DNA of 63,766 nucleotides, the filler included, from Olpidium bornovanus S191 (taxonomy: Eukaryota > Fungi > Olpidiomycota), in the NCBI GenBank assembly GCA_017911155.1. It is 27 parts of 27 records of this genome, joined end to end, with 100 filler letters (N's around TTAATTAATTAA, not from the genome) between each part and the next. Parts side by side here need not be neighbours in the genome. Positions count along the whole stretch, not along the records: positions 1 to 6,468 come from JAEFCI010011365.1; positions 6,569 to 8,574 come from JAEFCI010008562.1; positions 8,675 to 9,784 come from JAEFCI010001625.1; positions 9,885 to 10,902 come from JAEFCI010012424.1; positions 11,003 to 12,798 come from JAEFCI010006116.1; 22 more parts are not named here. One strand, 5' to 3'. Below are positions 1-11,470 of this stretch, piece after piece. The position numbers and the translations under genes were made by a program. The notes beneath the pieces were generated by a model that made no database searches, was not told the origin of the DNA, and saw only the letters and a program-made list of their open reading frames with translations. Numbering within the stretch: position 1 is the first letter of the stretch; every line of letters begins with the position of its first letter.

Positions 1-88
<88 letters not shown>

Positions 89-183
89 TTCTGGGCTGTG
101 CGCTCGGACGGCATCGTCGCTTAGGACTTCCAACAAGGTCCTCACCCGGTGCTTTCCTGTTTCGCTGGACCCGTCGACCGTTT

Positions 184-880
184 GTTTGCCAGCGGTGTTT
201 GCAAACCGGCCACTGGTCGTACGAGTGCAAGAACGCCCCCGCCCAGTATATAGCCCAGCCTTCCCGCACGAAGCAGCTGGAAGAGGGCCGCCGTCGCGAG
301 CCGCAACCCGTGCCGTTCCCCGGCGACAAGGACTTCGCCCCGGTTGAAGGCCTGGCCAACAAACTTCTCGCGGAAAAGGAAAAGAAGAGGAAGAGGTAGG
401 CCGCGCTCCCGAGTCTCCGCCGTCAAAACTGATTGAATTGACCGGCCACTCCCGGCTTACGGTTTTCTTTCCCGAAAAAATGATGGTAGATCGATTTCCT
501 CCTCCTCCTCGTCGTCGACCCTCAGCTCGTCCAGCGACTCGGATTCAAGCGACTCGTCCTCCGTCGTTTCATCGTCATCCTCGGCGTCCTCGCGACGCCG
601 TCGTTCCCGCCGCGGTCGCCGCCAAAGCTCCCCTTCCGACTCGAGCAGCACCGACTCGTCCACATCCGGCAGCGACGATTCGGATTCAAGTTATTATCGT
701 GACAGGCAGGCGGCCGGGCGGCGGGACCGTCGGCGGACTTCCCGTTCACCGACCGGCGCTCGCCGTCCGTCTCCGTCGCGCGGTTATCGGCAGCTGCCGA
801 GTGATGGGCGAAGGCGAAATTACGACAACTCGAGGCGCGACTTGTCCGACCGCGTTCCCTCGCGGAGCCAGAGGCGATAG
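184..880 (+). CDS. ZCCHC10: Zinc-knuckle protein with Ser/Arg-rich tail (ZCCHC10-like), 5' part missing or unresolved
   Basis: VCQRCLQTGHWSYECK (CX2CX4HX4C) followed by PSRTKQL; GT-AG intron 396-489 joins in frame to a poly-Ser exon ending at TAG 878-880. Confidence 0.8.
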
Positions 881-2402
881 TCGGGAAGCTCGCTGGGAGG
901 TCGTGGAATCATGCACCTCTCGCACGTTTGCTGGTGGCTTACCGTCAGGCGCTGTGCAGGCTGCGGTGATGACCTACCCACCTGTTCTTCCTGAGTTAAC
1001 TCATCCGAATGTTTCGCTGCGCGAATTTATCCGGTTGAACGGCTATTTGGTGAAAGATCTGGCCGCCGATGTGGGGAAAGTGCTACGCCAAAGAGTCCAG
1101 CGGGAATGATTATCACTGGCATGGCCCGGCCGGGACGCACCATTGTATTCACCCCAAAATACCGGTGTGAAGTTCCAATAACAGTTGACGAGGCTGCTGA
1201 AGTACGGGAGGCGCTGGAAGCCGCAAGGGTGTCCGAGACGCGCAGTGTCCGGTACTGTGCTGAGGACTTTGTTTAGAGTTGTTACGTCGTCGGAACGTTT
1301 GGGGGCCAAAATGGGACGTGACTACGACGACTGCGCTCCGCCTGGCCACGTCAGGGTCGAAACGACGCCATGATTTTTGATAAGCATCATTGCAAAACGC
1401 CGAAAAGTAACGGCGGAAGTGACGAACCGAAGCGACCGCGAGTGACGAAGTTGTTTGTGGAGGCGTCATGGCCGTGTCGGTAGGGAAGATTTGTCGGACT
1501 GCTGTGCTGTACCGGAGCGTGTGGGGGGAAAAGGGGGCGGTTGTCGTCAGCACCAACTTTCGCGATGTGAGCGAAGGGCCGGGCGCCCCCCTTCATTTGC
1601 GTCAGGGTCCGCTACGAAGCCGTTTTTGCCGGAAGGCCCGCGCGAGATTTTCTTATAACGATTTTGCAAGCCCCGCTTTTTGGTACCGTCGGCGATATTC
1701 TACATCATTCTCCGGCGGTGGACTTTTCGAGGCGGCGAGTCCCGTCGCACAGGCAATCCTAACGCGCGCCGTGCATCCGGCGTCAGGATCTCGTTGCTGC
1801 GGCTGTGATGCGCGTCCTCCTTGGACATGTCGAACGAAGGGGCCCCGTCAACGCCCTTGGGAGAGCCGTTCGGGCGCTATTTTTTTTATTTCTTCCCACC
1901 GAGTCAATTCGCGGTAGTGACCGTCGTCGAGGTTTTGAAACGACCGGTTTCGGGGTTTAACACGGCGATGCCCCGACGTGCTCGCCCGGATACGGGCGCG
2001 CGGATGATTTGTTTTTCGGCGGGGCGCGCGGTTCTCCTCGGCGGGTTTCTCGCGTTCCTTGCGGCTCCGCTCCCGCCTGTTACGCGGCCGGCGGGGTCCG
2101 ACTTCACGCCGGATTACGGGCCGGGCCGAAGGACGGAGAAAGTGCCGTCGCCGTTCCCTCCGCCGCGGTGCTCATGATCGCCGTCGCCCCGGGGCTCCGC
2201 GCGGCGCCGATGCCGCGGTTGCCAGCGGGTTCCTCGAAGCGGCCGCGCCCGCGCTGGCGGCGCCGACGCGGGCGGTCGGCGCCGCGGTCGCTTCGGGAGA
2301 CCTGTCGCGTAAAATCAAGATTTCCGAGTCGCTTGCTCCGCGGGGGGCCTTTCGCCGTGCGACGCGGGACAAGCCGGATGGAATTTAGGCGTTTAACTAC
2401 AC

Positions 2403-2520
2403 TTTCCTCCACCTGTCTCCAAAATAGCATTTCACCAAAAAAAAAGGGAAAAAAAAACGTTTCCTCCACCTGTCTCCAAAATAGCATTTCACCAAAAAAA
2501 AAGGGAAAAAAAAACGTTTC
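2403..2520. repeat. 57-bp direct tandem duplication (2 copies)
   Basis: TTTCCTCCACCTGTCTCCAAAATAGCATTTCACC(A)nGGG(A)nCG occurs twice, head to tail. Confidence 0.9.
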
Positions 2521-3731
2521 TGCAATGTTTTCCCGAACAGTCCCGTTGGGCGTCTTCTCCACCCCGCAAAATCCTTCCGCGCTAAAAATTTTCGCTACGC
2601 GAAGATTTTTTTTCGATTCGGAAAACGGCTAGAAAACGAAATACATTCGGCGGAAGCTCTCCTCTCCGTCTTTTCGTTTTGTTGTCTCCGCTCGTCGTTC
2701 GTGTTGTTTGGTTTTTGCCTTCACGCGCTGTTGTGCCCCCAGGCCTTGCTCTTTCCACAAAACTATACGTTGCTTCCTGCTTGTTGCCTTGCACGCCCAC
2801 AATTGATAACTTTCTCTCCCCACTAACTCCTCCTGAATTGTCCTACTTGATCTGCCTATGTTCCCGGTTTTTGTTGATGTATTCCGAGCTCGAAAACCGG
2901 ATTCCTCCACAGCGCGCACCGAGACCTCCCCGACATTGTCTTCGGGGTCGAACCCTACAGCAATTCGCCGGGACAACCTTTGCTTCCCTTTCCCCCCCCC
3001 CCCCCCCCCCCTCCCCCGTCGTTTCCCGTCGCCGTCGGCACTTCGTTTCGTTTGCTTGCCGTAGGAAAAGAAAATACAAACGGCTCCCTCCCCAGTTCCC
3101 AAACGGCGCAGAGAGAAAGTCCCTTCCCTTGGTCTCCGACCGGGCAAAAGACATTGGCAATCTGGACCCCTGCTGTCACTTTCTGAGAAAGCTCACTTTT
3201 CCTTCTACGCCCTTTTATTCTGCGACTTGTTTCGATGGCTCGGAGACCGCAGAAACAGGAGACAGGACGTGGTGTGGGAGACTTCAGGTACAGCACCGAG
3301 GAGGACATAACCCGCAGCCCACATCATCATGACGAACCTGTGTGTCATCACTATGTTTCCCAGCCGCAGCTTTTTCTATTTTCTTCAAAAACTTTTCATA
3401 CAATAAGTTTTCGCGCAGCGGTCATCGCAAAAGCTGCTGCAAAACTCTTTTAGCTCCTGTGTTTTGCAGTTCTGCCGGCGGTGCAAGCATCCGCAGGACC
3501 TCCATGACAGAGGTTCGTCCTCGTTAATCAAGTGACCCGCAGAGCGCTCGTAACGTTCGCGACAAAACCAACCGGCGCAAAGAAGCGGCATGTCCCGAGG
3601 TGAAACGGAACTCGCAGAGGGGGGGGGGGGTGTGGTAGGGCCCGGAGAAAGTACAGTTAAACGCGTTTAACTGATTGGCAATCGGGGAAAGACCGCTTCC
3701 TTGTGCGACTGTCTTGTGTCCAGCATGGCCG

Positions 3732-5347
3732 CTACGGTCTGAGGCAGTAGGTGCCGATAAGCGCCGTCAAGCAGCTGGTGGTCAACGATGAGATCATGTT
3801 GACCTCGAGTTCAGGGCGTCGTACGAAACTTGCAGTTATGAAGGCGTGTCCCGAAACCGCTCAGAGTCGTGTCGGCCGTACTTTAGATTCTCTCACCTGG
3901 TTGTTGTCCAACAGGTCGCGCCCGCTTACAACCTTCGCGCGCGGTCCGTGAGACATTGGACTGACAATCATCTTCGTGTCGGGGTCGCACACAGAGATTT
4001 GAAGGGTAGCGCCCAGAACGGAATCTAGCTGCGGAGAGCCGGTACCAGCGTGAGTGCTGAAATAAAACCGGAACGAAAGGGCGACAGGTAGCGCCGTGGT
4101 CGACGTCCGTCAGCCGGCGACTAAGCGCCATCACTGGCGTTTGACGTCGGCGGGCCCGCGGAGATCTCAAAAAAGTCATACGCGCGCATCAACTCACCAA
4201 GGAACCAAAGAGGCCGGTCGCCGCTCCGATTACGGGAAAGACGACCCATGACGGGTATGTGGGGCATTCGTGAAACGAGATCGCCATAACAACGCCGATA
4301 AAAAGGCCCCCCAGAGTGGAAGCCAGAAGCCCTAGGGGCGAGACTCCACCGTTTGTGCCCTGGGGAACCTAGTGATGAAGGTTTGGTTCAAACATAAGAA
4401 TCTACCATCTCTAGAAGTCAGAAAACCGGGGGACGGCGTTCAGCCACCTAGTAAGCTCACAAGCGTTAACCCAGGACCAACAACGCACAAGCGAGCGCGC
4501 GGTTGTTATTCCAAGTACAAACAATGCGCGGGCAAGCATACAGAGGTCATCCCAATTCCAACGAAGTGCGCAAGCGAGCGTCAACGCGCTGCCTACCGGT
4601 TTTAGCGTCGTGATGAGAACTGGCCAAGTTTTCTGCAAGACGCCCAACTCGCTTGCCCACTGAGCGGGCAGTTGGGAAGGGAGGGGGGAGGTCGCCGGTG
4701 CCGTGTCAAGCAGAACGAGATCGCCGCTCAGGTTCCGTTTCGCGAAAGACTTACGGTGTCCCCGCAACAGCAAGCGTAGTGCCTTTTCGCCGGCCAAAAA
4801 AATTACGTCAACAGTGGTAAACCGGTGGCTTTCTTTTAAAAAAAAAACTGGCACGCACCGCGTCAATTGCGGGGGCTTACCCGAGGTACATGAGCAGTAT
4901 GCAGGCTTCCGTTGAGCCCCACCACGCGTCTGGGATCGAAGGCGGCGGGCAAGTCGGTCGGCCGCCGCCGACGAAAGCGGTGTAGATCAACGCCAGCAAC
5001 GCGCCGAGGGCGCCGTTGGACAGAACTTGCACGTGGTTCCGCTGTCCACCTGGCCCACGACCATCACGCGCACCGTTGGTTCACGGTTCCCCAACGACTC
5101 CGACAAAAACGCGCCCGGCGCTGCGTTCTTCGGTTCGACAAGGCGGACGCAGCCGGGAAAAGGGCGGGGGAAGGGGGAGGGATGCGGTTCCGTTTTCCCA
5201 CCTTCTCGATACTCCTCTTCCAACTTTTTCTTGACCGCTGCCTTGTACTTTTTTTTTTTTGTTTCCGCAACGAGAAAAAAAAAAGCACGTTGAGACACGA
5301 CGTGACTTCGCTCGAACGCCCGGACGGGACCAAAGACGCGCGAAAAT

Positions 5348-5387
<40 letters not shown>

Positions 5388-5597
5388 GCGCGGAGCGGCG
5401 CCGCGCCGTGCCTTCGTCAGCTTCGAGGAGGACAGGTAGAACGCGAGGAGCACGGTCGTGAAGCAGGGGACCGGGGCGGTGAACGTGGCCATGCCGACAG
5501 CCACAGCGGCCGCTGCGCCGTCCGGCGAGAGCGACTTCGACCGGAGCCCGCGCGCGGCGAGAAGCGCGCAGGCCAAGGAGGCGAGCGCGACGTGCAT
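3732..5597 (-). CDS. TMEM19: TMEM19/DUF92 integral membrane protein, multi-exon and complete
   Basis: Exons give SLSPDGAAAAVAVG...FYLSSSKLTK, EEEYREG|GQRNHVQVLSNG, ACCCGDT|WASELG, VPQGTNGGVSPLG, LDSVLGATLQ, DLLDNNQ|VNMISS; splice sites are GT-AG. Confidence 0.92.
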
Positions 5598-5979
5598 TGC
5601 TTTTTCCCTTTTTTTTTTTCTCGCGAAAGCACGGTAGATTTTCCCGGCCGAAAGACGAAGGAATAAAGAAAGACGACGCCGGGAAACCAGGAGAGTTTTT
5701 TCAGAGAGGAAAAAAAAAATAAAATATAAAATAAAATGAGGGAGTAAGCCCGACTTCGCGGCGGAACCGAACCGTTGCGGTGGAGAAAGAAACGAGTAAG
5801 ATTTAGCAAACGAGGTGCATTTAGCAGAGCGGGGTTTCCTCTATGGTACGGGGCTTAAGACAATGATTAGCATTGGTGTCAGGAACACTTGGAAGTCCGT
5901 TCCGGTGAACGGAGACAGAGGATGGAAGGAGGACAGTGGCGTTTGGTTCTTTTCGTTTTTTGCAGAGTCACTGGGTAGC

Positions 5980-6235
5980 GCTTTCAGCAGTCCGCTTTCA
6001 CCGCGCACTGCGTTTAGCTGCTATGAGCAGAAGGCAGCATTCGCAGCTTGCAGCCCGAGCCGACGTGCATACGTGTGCCTGCGGTCACCGCGCTTACAGT
6101 GTTCACCGCTACATGCATGGGCAGTGGCCTTCAGCCGTCCACGCTGCGTTCAACAATGACTGCTTTCAGCGGTGTTCACCGCCGACCGTGTTCAGCCGTG
6201 TTCACCTTTGGCGGCATTCAGCCGTCGGCGTTTTC
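5980..6235. repeat. Cluster of about 13 degenerate 9-bp motifs, consensus G(C/T)NTTCA(G/C)C
   Basis: Copies at 5980, 5994, 6010, 6037, 6081, 6099, 6127, 6146, 6162, 6172, 6188, 6198 and 6214. Confidence 0.65.
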
Positions 6236-6264
6236 TTTTTTTTTTAAGAAAGAGTGCGCGCATC

Positions 6265-6309
<45 letters not shown>

Positions 6310-6411
6310 CCAAAGGGGGGGGGGGGGGGGGGGGAAAAAAAAATGGGGGGGGGGGGGGGGGAGGGAAAAAAAAAAAAAAATAAAAAAAAAAAAAAACAAA
6401 AAAAAAACCGG

Positions 6412-6463
<52 letters not shown>

Positions 6464-7227
6464 AAGAANNNNNNNNNNNNNNNNNNNNNNNNNNNNNNNN
6501 NNNNNNNNNNNNTTAATTAATTAANNNNNNNNNNNNNNNNNNNNNNNNNNNNNNNNNNNNNNNNNNNNAGGAAGGGAGTGAGGGCGGTGGAGGAATTTTT
6601 TGTTCCCGCAAAACGCGAATCGCTGCGTCAAGGTTCCGTGGTTGTCACGCCCACCCTCGTACTTTTCGTTTTTTTTTTTTTTTTTTTTTTTCGCGTGCGT
6701 TTTCCGGGATATATTTTGTCTCTCAAACACCTCGGGTAAGTTTTCTCCCCAAGGTTCATGCCCCGCTCTTTCTCCCCACCTTCCCGCCTGGCCGACCGGC
6801 CGGAACCGGCCGAGAAAAAAAAACGGGGTAAATAGACCAACGGTGGGGTTCCGCAACCGTTCCGGCGAAAGGCTTTTCTTTGATTCGGATTCAGGGCTTA
6901 TTCACAAGGCGCCCGCCGGAGCGCAACATCTATTTGGTGGGAGATGTTCCCCCCCTGGGGTGTTGGGAGTAATGCCGATTGGGGAGGGCGAGAGGCAAGG
7001 CCAAAAAGCGCGCAGAACCGAGTATGATAAAAAGCCAATCAGGTGGCGCAAAGGAAGGAAAAGGGGAGAGGGGGGGGGAGCGAGAGGGGGAGGGGGGCGG
7101 GATGGTGGGAAAGGAAACTTTTTCGACCCCTTCCGGGGGCGGAGCCCACCCGCGTCCGGGCCGAATTTTGCGTTCGAAAACCCTGGTTTTTTTTTGTTTT
7201 TCGTTTTGTTTTTCATTTTCTTTTTTC

Positions 7228-8300
7228 TCAGACGACCGCCATCCCGGCGAGCTCGCGTTCCAGGGCCTCGTCCGCGGGAGGCGGCTTGCCGATCTGGTTT
7301 CCCACGTTGGCAGCCACCGGCTGCAACTTGCTGTCGTCCGGGATGTTCTCGTCGATGGCGTCGCGCTTGGGGCCCGGGAGCCTGTCGGGCAGGGAGGGAG
7401 CGAAAAAAAAAAAAAAAAAAAAAAATCGAACGAGTTCGCAACCTTCAGGCACAATTACTGGGGCCCCGGAAAAGCCAAGAAAAAGAACAACCAAATAGCT
7501 TCTTCCCGCGCAAATAATGCTCCGCCTACGTACGGCTGGGTCGGACGATGCGGGGTTCCGCCCGGCGGCTGCTGCATCGAGGATTTGTACGCTTTGTACT
7601 CTTCGGTGATGAGATCTACATCATAGGCCGCGCCGGCAGCCGTTTAGGATTCTGAGCGCCCCCCGCATCCCCGCCCCCCTTCCCCCCATTCTTTCCTTCG
7701 CGAAACGCGGCGACGACCACGCCGAAAAGGGGAGTAATTGGGGGAGAAGAGGAAAGGAGCCGCACCTCTGATCTCGTCGACGCCCACCGCGCTCTCGAAC
7801 GAGAAGTCGAACGCGCTCTCGTGCGACGGCTCGTCCTGCTCGTCGTGGTACGCCTCGAGGTAAGGGTGAGCCAGAGCCTGCTCCACCGTGAGGCGCTGGG
7901 AAGGATCGAAAGTCAACAGCTTCTCCAGGAGGTCGAGGGCTGCCGAGTCGGAAAAAAATTTTGTTCCGGCGGGGAAGCGGTAGAAAACGTCAGGCGCTCT
8001 GGAAAAATCGTTCGGCTGACGGCGGCTTTGGGGGGGGGGGGGGGGGGGAAAGGGGGGGGGAAGGGGGGATGGGAGGGCCTCGCTGGGCGCGCGGAACTTT
8101 TGGGCGGACGCGTTTTTTTTTTCTGCTACCAGAACACCGACCTTTAGGGGTCGTTTTGGGGAAGAGCTTAGAAAAGGGGATTTTTTTGGTCTTTTGCAGG
8201 CCACGGATGTACACCTGGGCGCGCTCTGAACCGACTTTCTGGAGGTCGGCTTCGCTGGGCGTTCCGAGGATGTTCAATATCTGGTTGAGCTGGTCGACGT
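7228..8300 (-). CDS. SLT2: MAP kinase, Slt2/Mpk1 (cell-wall integrity) type, 3' part
   Basis: [76 protein letters not shown], and a C-terminal LERELAG; spliced. Confidence 0.85.
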
Positions 8301-8819
8301 CTGAAGTGAAAAGAAGGCGGGACGCCGATCGGGAAAGCGCGCGGAGAGAGGGCAGAAAAAAAAAAAGGAAACAGTCGGCAAGGAAACAGCATCAGCGGAT
8401 CGGTCGTGAAATGGCATTTAGAACCCGAAGCCCGGTTGCGACGGCGGACGATTCCCGATTTTGTCTTTTGGTTGATTTTTTTTTTTTTTTTTTTTTTTGG
8501 TGCCCGCTCGAAACGCCGCGGCCCTCCCGTTTTGCTCTTTTCACACGCGCGTGCTCGCCGCGTCTCCGTTTTCGNNNNNNNNNNNNNNNNNNNNNNNNNN
8601 NNNNNNNNNNNNNNNNNNTTAATTAATTAANNNNNNNNNNNNNNNNNNNNNNNNNNNNNNNNNNNNNNNNNNNNCCATTATTGTGGCGCCGGTATTGGCG
8701 CCAGGCCTTGGAATTATTCTCCGCAGCCACAGCGTGGTGGTAATTCGTCGATGCTACGGCTCACCATAGCGCTGGTGCTCACTATACACACCGTCCAGGT
8801 CTTGGTCTAGGGGTCTTGA

Positions 8820-9653
8820 TCTGGAGGTCATGTGACGTCGCGGCTAGACACACCGGTGTGTCTAGTGATCTCGGTGATTTCAAGGTCACGTGACTTTCTT
8901 GGCTGGCTGTTTGGCGGATTGTCCTCGATAAGGACTTGACATGGCCCGAGAGGGGTTTGACGCCACCGGAGCGCGCGGTTTGACGCCACCGGAGCACGCT
9001 CTGTGACAACTTGCATGAGTAGCCGAAGAAACAACTGAGGTAACGCTTTCAGTGGGAGACGGGCCACGACGGCGACGGTCTTCCCCGTCTTTGTCGCGGT
9101 CGTGGCTACGGCTGCAGCGGCCCCGCGGCTCGTTCTCACGCAGTGAAAGTGCCTTGATCAACTGTTCGATTTGAGCGTCCTTGCGAGCGAGCTCTTCCTG
9201 CGTCTGCTCGAACATACGACGAACTTCGTCGGCCGGAATCGAGTCAGAGGGATTTTTCTCAACGGCTGAGGAGCCAGACCGGCTGATTCCCTGTGCCTTG
9301 AGGCGTTCCACGGCTTGTGGAGCTGAGGGCTGAGGCGGGGTCGGCTGCGTTGACGCGCTTTTCGACAGTCCGGGCTTGGTACCGGACGACGCGCCTAACA
9401 ACTTGCCCGACTCTGCTGCTTTTCCCTTCTCACGCAAGGCGTGACCGAGGCCAAGCTGAGAGTTTTTGGTACCGCGGCCGCCAGAGCGGGCCGCTTCCTC
9501 CTTTTCCGCAAGCGTGCGGGGTGAGGGCCTCCTCCCGACGGTCATGGTGTCGATCCGAGATCGAGGGGTGACGCCGTCGTCGAGGAAAGAGAGAGAGGAA
9601 AAACGCGTACACACGTAGAGTGAGCGGGCCAAACCAGAAAACTCTCCAGACAA
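8820..9653 (-). mobile_element. Possible decayed retrotransposon gag-like ORF
   Basis: Intronless low-complexity ORF with a coiled-coil segment (RRMFEQTQEELARKDAQIEQLIKAL), an apparent frameshift near 9130 and an internal 23-bp duplication; no diagnostic motif. Confidence 0.3.
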
Positions 9654-9884
9654 CGAGTTCTTCGCCCGTCGCCTTGCGGCCGGCCCCGTCCTTGACAGGT
9701 AAGAAGAGTAAACGAGGTCTTTCAGAGGGTCCTTGGGCTCATAACCTCTGAGCCGAGCTCAGAGGACAGTGGGGTCTGGTTCGGNNNNNNNNNNNNNNNN
9801 NNNNNNNNNNNNNNNNNNNNNNNNNNNNTTAATTAATTAANNNNNNNNNNNNNNNNNNNNNNNNNNNNNNNNNNNNNNNNNNNN

Positions 9885-10880
9885 CATGCGGAGTTGAGAT
9901 ACCTTCCGAGCCCTGTGCCCAATGTCCTCACTGGGAGGGGAGAAATCACGATCGAGGCGGCTCGCCGTGCGGTATCCGTCGATGTTGACATCATTATCGC
10001 CTGACCGGACAAGAAGCTCGTCACAGAGGTTGATGCCGGCCTGGAATCCAAATTCAAGATGAGCGACGGGAGCAAATCTGACCTTCACACTCTGGGTGCC
10101 GGCGGCGGCCTGTCAAGACGGGGTGCGCACGACATATCAATCGCACTACGTCATACAACTTCTCGCCACGCACGGGATGCTTGACGCGAAGCCGGTTGCA
10201 ACGCCGCTGGAAAACGGGGCAACGGAGGCTCTGACGGCGCCCGGGGGGCAACACCTGATGAGCACCGGTCGGTACGCCCCGGAGAGCCGTTGGGTCCTCA
10301 CTCCGGCTAACTTCCGCGACGCGACCGGACTTGGCGTTTCGCAGTCGCGTTCCTCGTCGGATTCGGCGCCGTCGCCGGCCGCGCGCCCCCTGCGGCGCGA
10401 ATATAACAAGCCGCTCAGACACCTGCGAGGGGGGCAAACGGACTTGGGGCCCGGAAACTTTGCCCGGCCCCCGGCAGGACGGCACCAAACAGAAAGCGTC
10501 GAAACGCACGGCGGCCCTGACCGGGGCGGGTTGCCGAGAAAAACTCGGGGCCTCAACCTCAGGATCTGTCGCGCAATTATTAAGTGGAAGATCGGCACAC
10601 CAAGCGTTGCGCAGCAGCGTCGTCTAGCGAGGCCGAGTTCATCGCAGGATTTACCGCAGGGCGGGAAAACGCAGTGACTGCGACGCCCTGCGGCACGTCG
10701 GCCTCTCCGCCCGTGCGCTGACCAACGCCGCTTTACATCGACAATTCCGGGGCAGCGGCACTTTGCAGCAGACGTCGAGGAATGCATTACCCAAACACCT
10801 CGTTTCGTCCCATTTGAATTTTCTCGCGTCGGAATGGCCCTTCCGTTGAAACTGGAGGTCTCCGTCGACATTTTTGTGGT
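9885..10880 (+). mobile_element. Degenerate Ty1/copia pol (RT + RNase H) remnant
   Basis: VDVDIIIA* (YVDD-like) ... LESKFKMSD ... YQSHYVIQLLATHGMLDAKPVATPL; later SSSEAEFIA and TPLYIDNSGAAALC; contains stops and frameshifts. Confidence 0.8.
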
Positions 10881-11154
10881 ATCCGGAGATGTGCTAAACC
10901 AGNNNNNNNNNNNNNNNNNNNNNNNNNNNNNNNNNNNNNNNNNNNNTTAATTAATTAANNNNNNNNNNNNNNNNNNNNNNNNNNNNNNNNNNNNNNNNNN
11001 NNCATGCACCCGACTTTGCCCAACCACACCTATCTACCCCGGAATCCCCAGCCAAAGGAAGAAAGGTAAAGAAGAAAGGTGCTTAGCTCGCCATCCTGTC
11101 CGTGTTTGGAGCGAGGTCGGAGTCCTGGAGAATACCCGGCGGCGGTCCTAACAA

Positions 11155-11470
11155 ACGGAGGCGGAGGCGCGAGCCGAAGGAAGGCGGAGGCACGAAACGA
11201 ACGAAACAGAGGCGGAGGAGCATAAAGAACGAACGGAGGCGGCGGCGCGTAACGAACGAACGGCGGCGGAGGCGCGTAAAAAACGGGCAGCGGCGGAGGC
11301 GCGTAACGAACGGCGGCGGAGACGCGTAACGAACGGGCAGGGGCGGAGGCGCGTAACGACCAGAGACGGAGACGCGTAACGAACGAGCAGAAGCCGAGGC
11401 GCGTTACGAGCGGCGGCGGAGGCGCGAAACGAAGCGGAGGCGCGATACGAAAAGGCTGAGGCGCGGAACG
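11155..11470 (+). repeat. Degenerate minisatellite of about 13 units of 18-28 bp, encoding ERAAAEARN-like coiled-coil repeats
   Basis: Core GAACG...GCGGAGGCGCGTAAC repeated; 27-bp units keep the frame and 23-bp units shift it. Confidence 0.8.

Noticed and set aside
900-1560. Protein-like stretches on both strands (FTPKYRCEVPITVDEAAEVREAL; HPCGFQRLPYFSSLVNCYWNF) and a possible 9-nt microexon
   Set aside because: I could not build a consistent gene model or recognise a family.
1821-3450. Several candidate ORFs between ZCCHC10 and TMEM19
   Set aside because: Competing frames with no motif; the strand cannot be decided from sequence alone.
6172-6520. Poly-Lys/poly-Gly ORFs (also at 1-87, 45342-45562 and other ends)
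   Set aside because: They are translations of homopolymer-rich, low-quality contig ends and N linkers.
9999-10005. In-frame TGA as a possible selenocysteine or recoding event
   Set aside because: It lies in a frameshifted copia pseudogene, and no SECIS-like context was seen.
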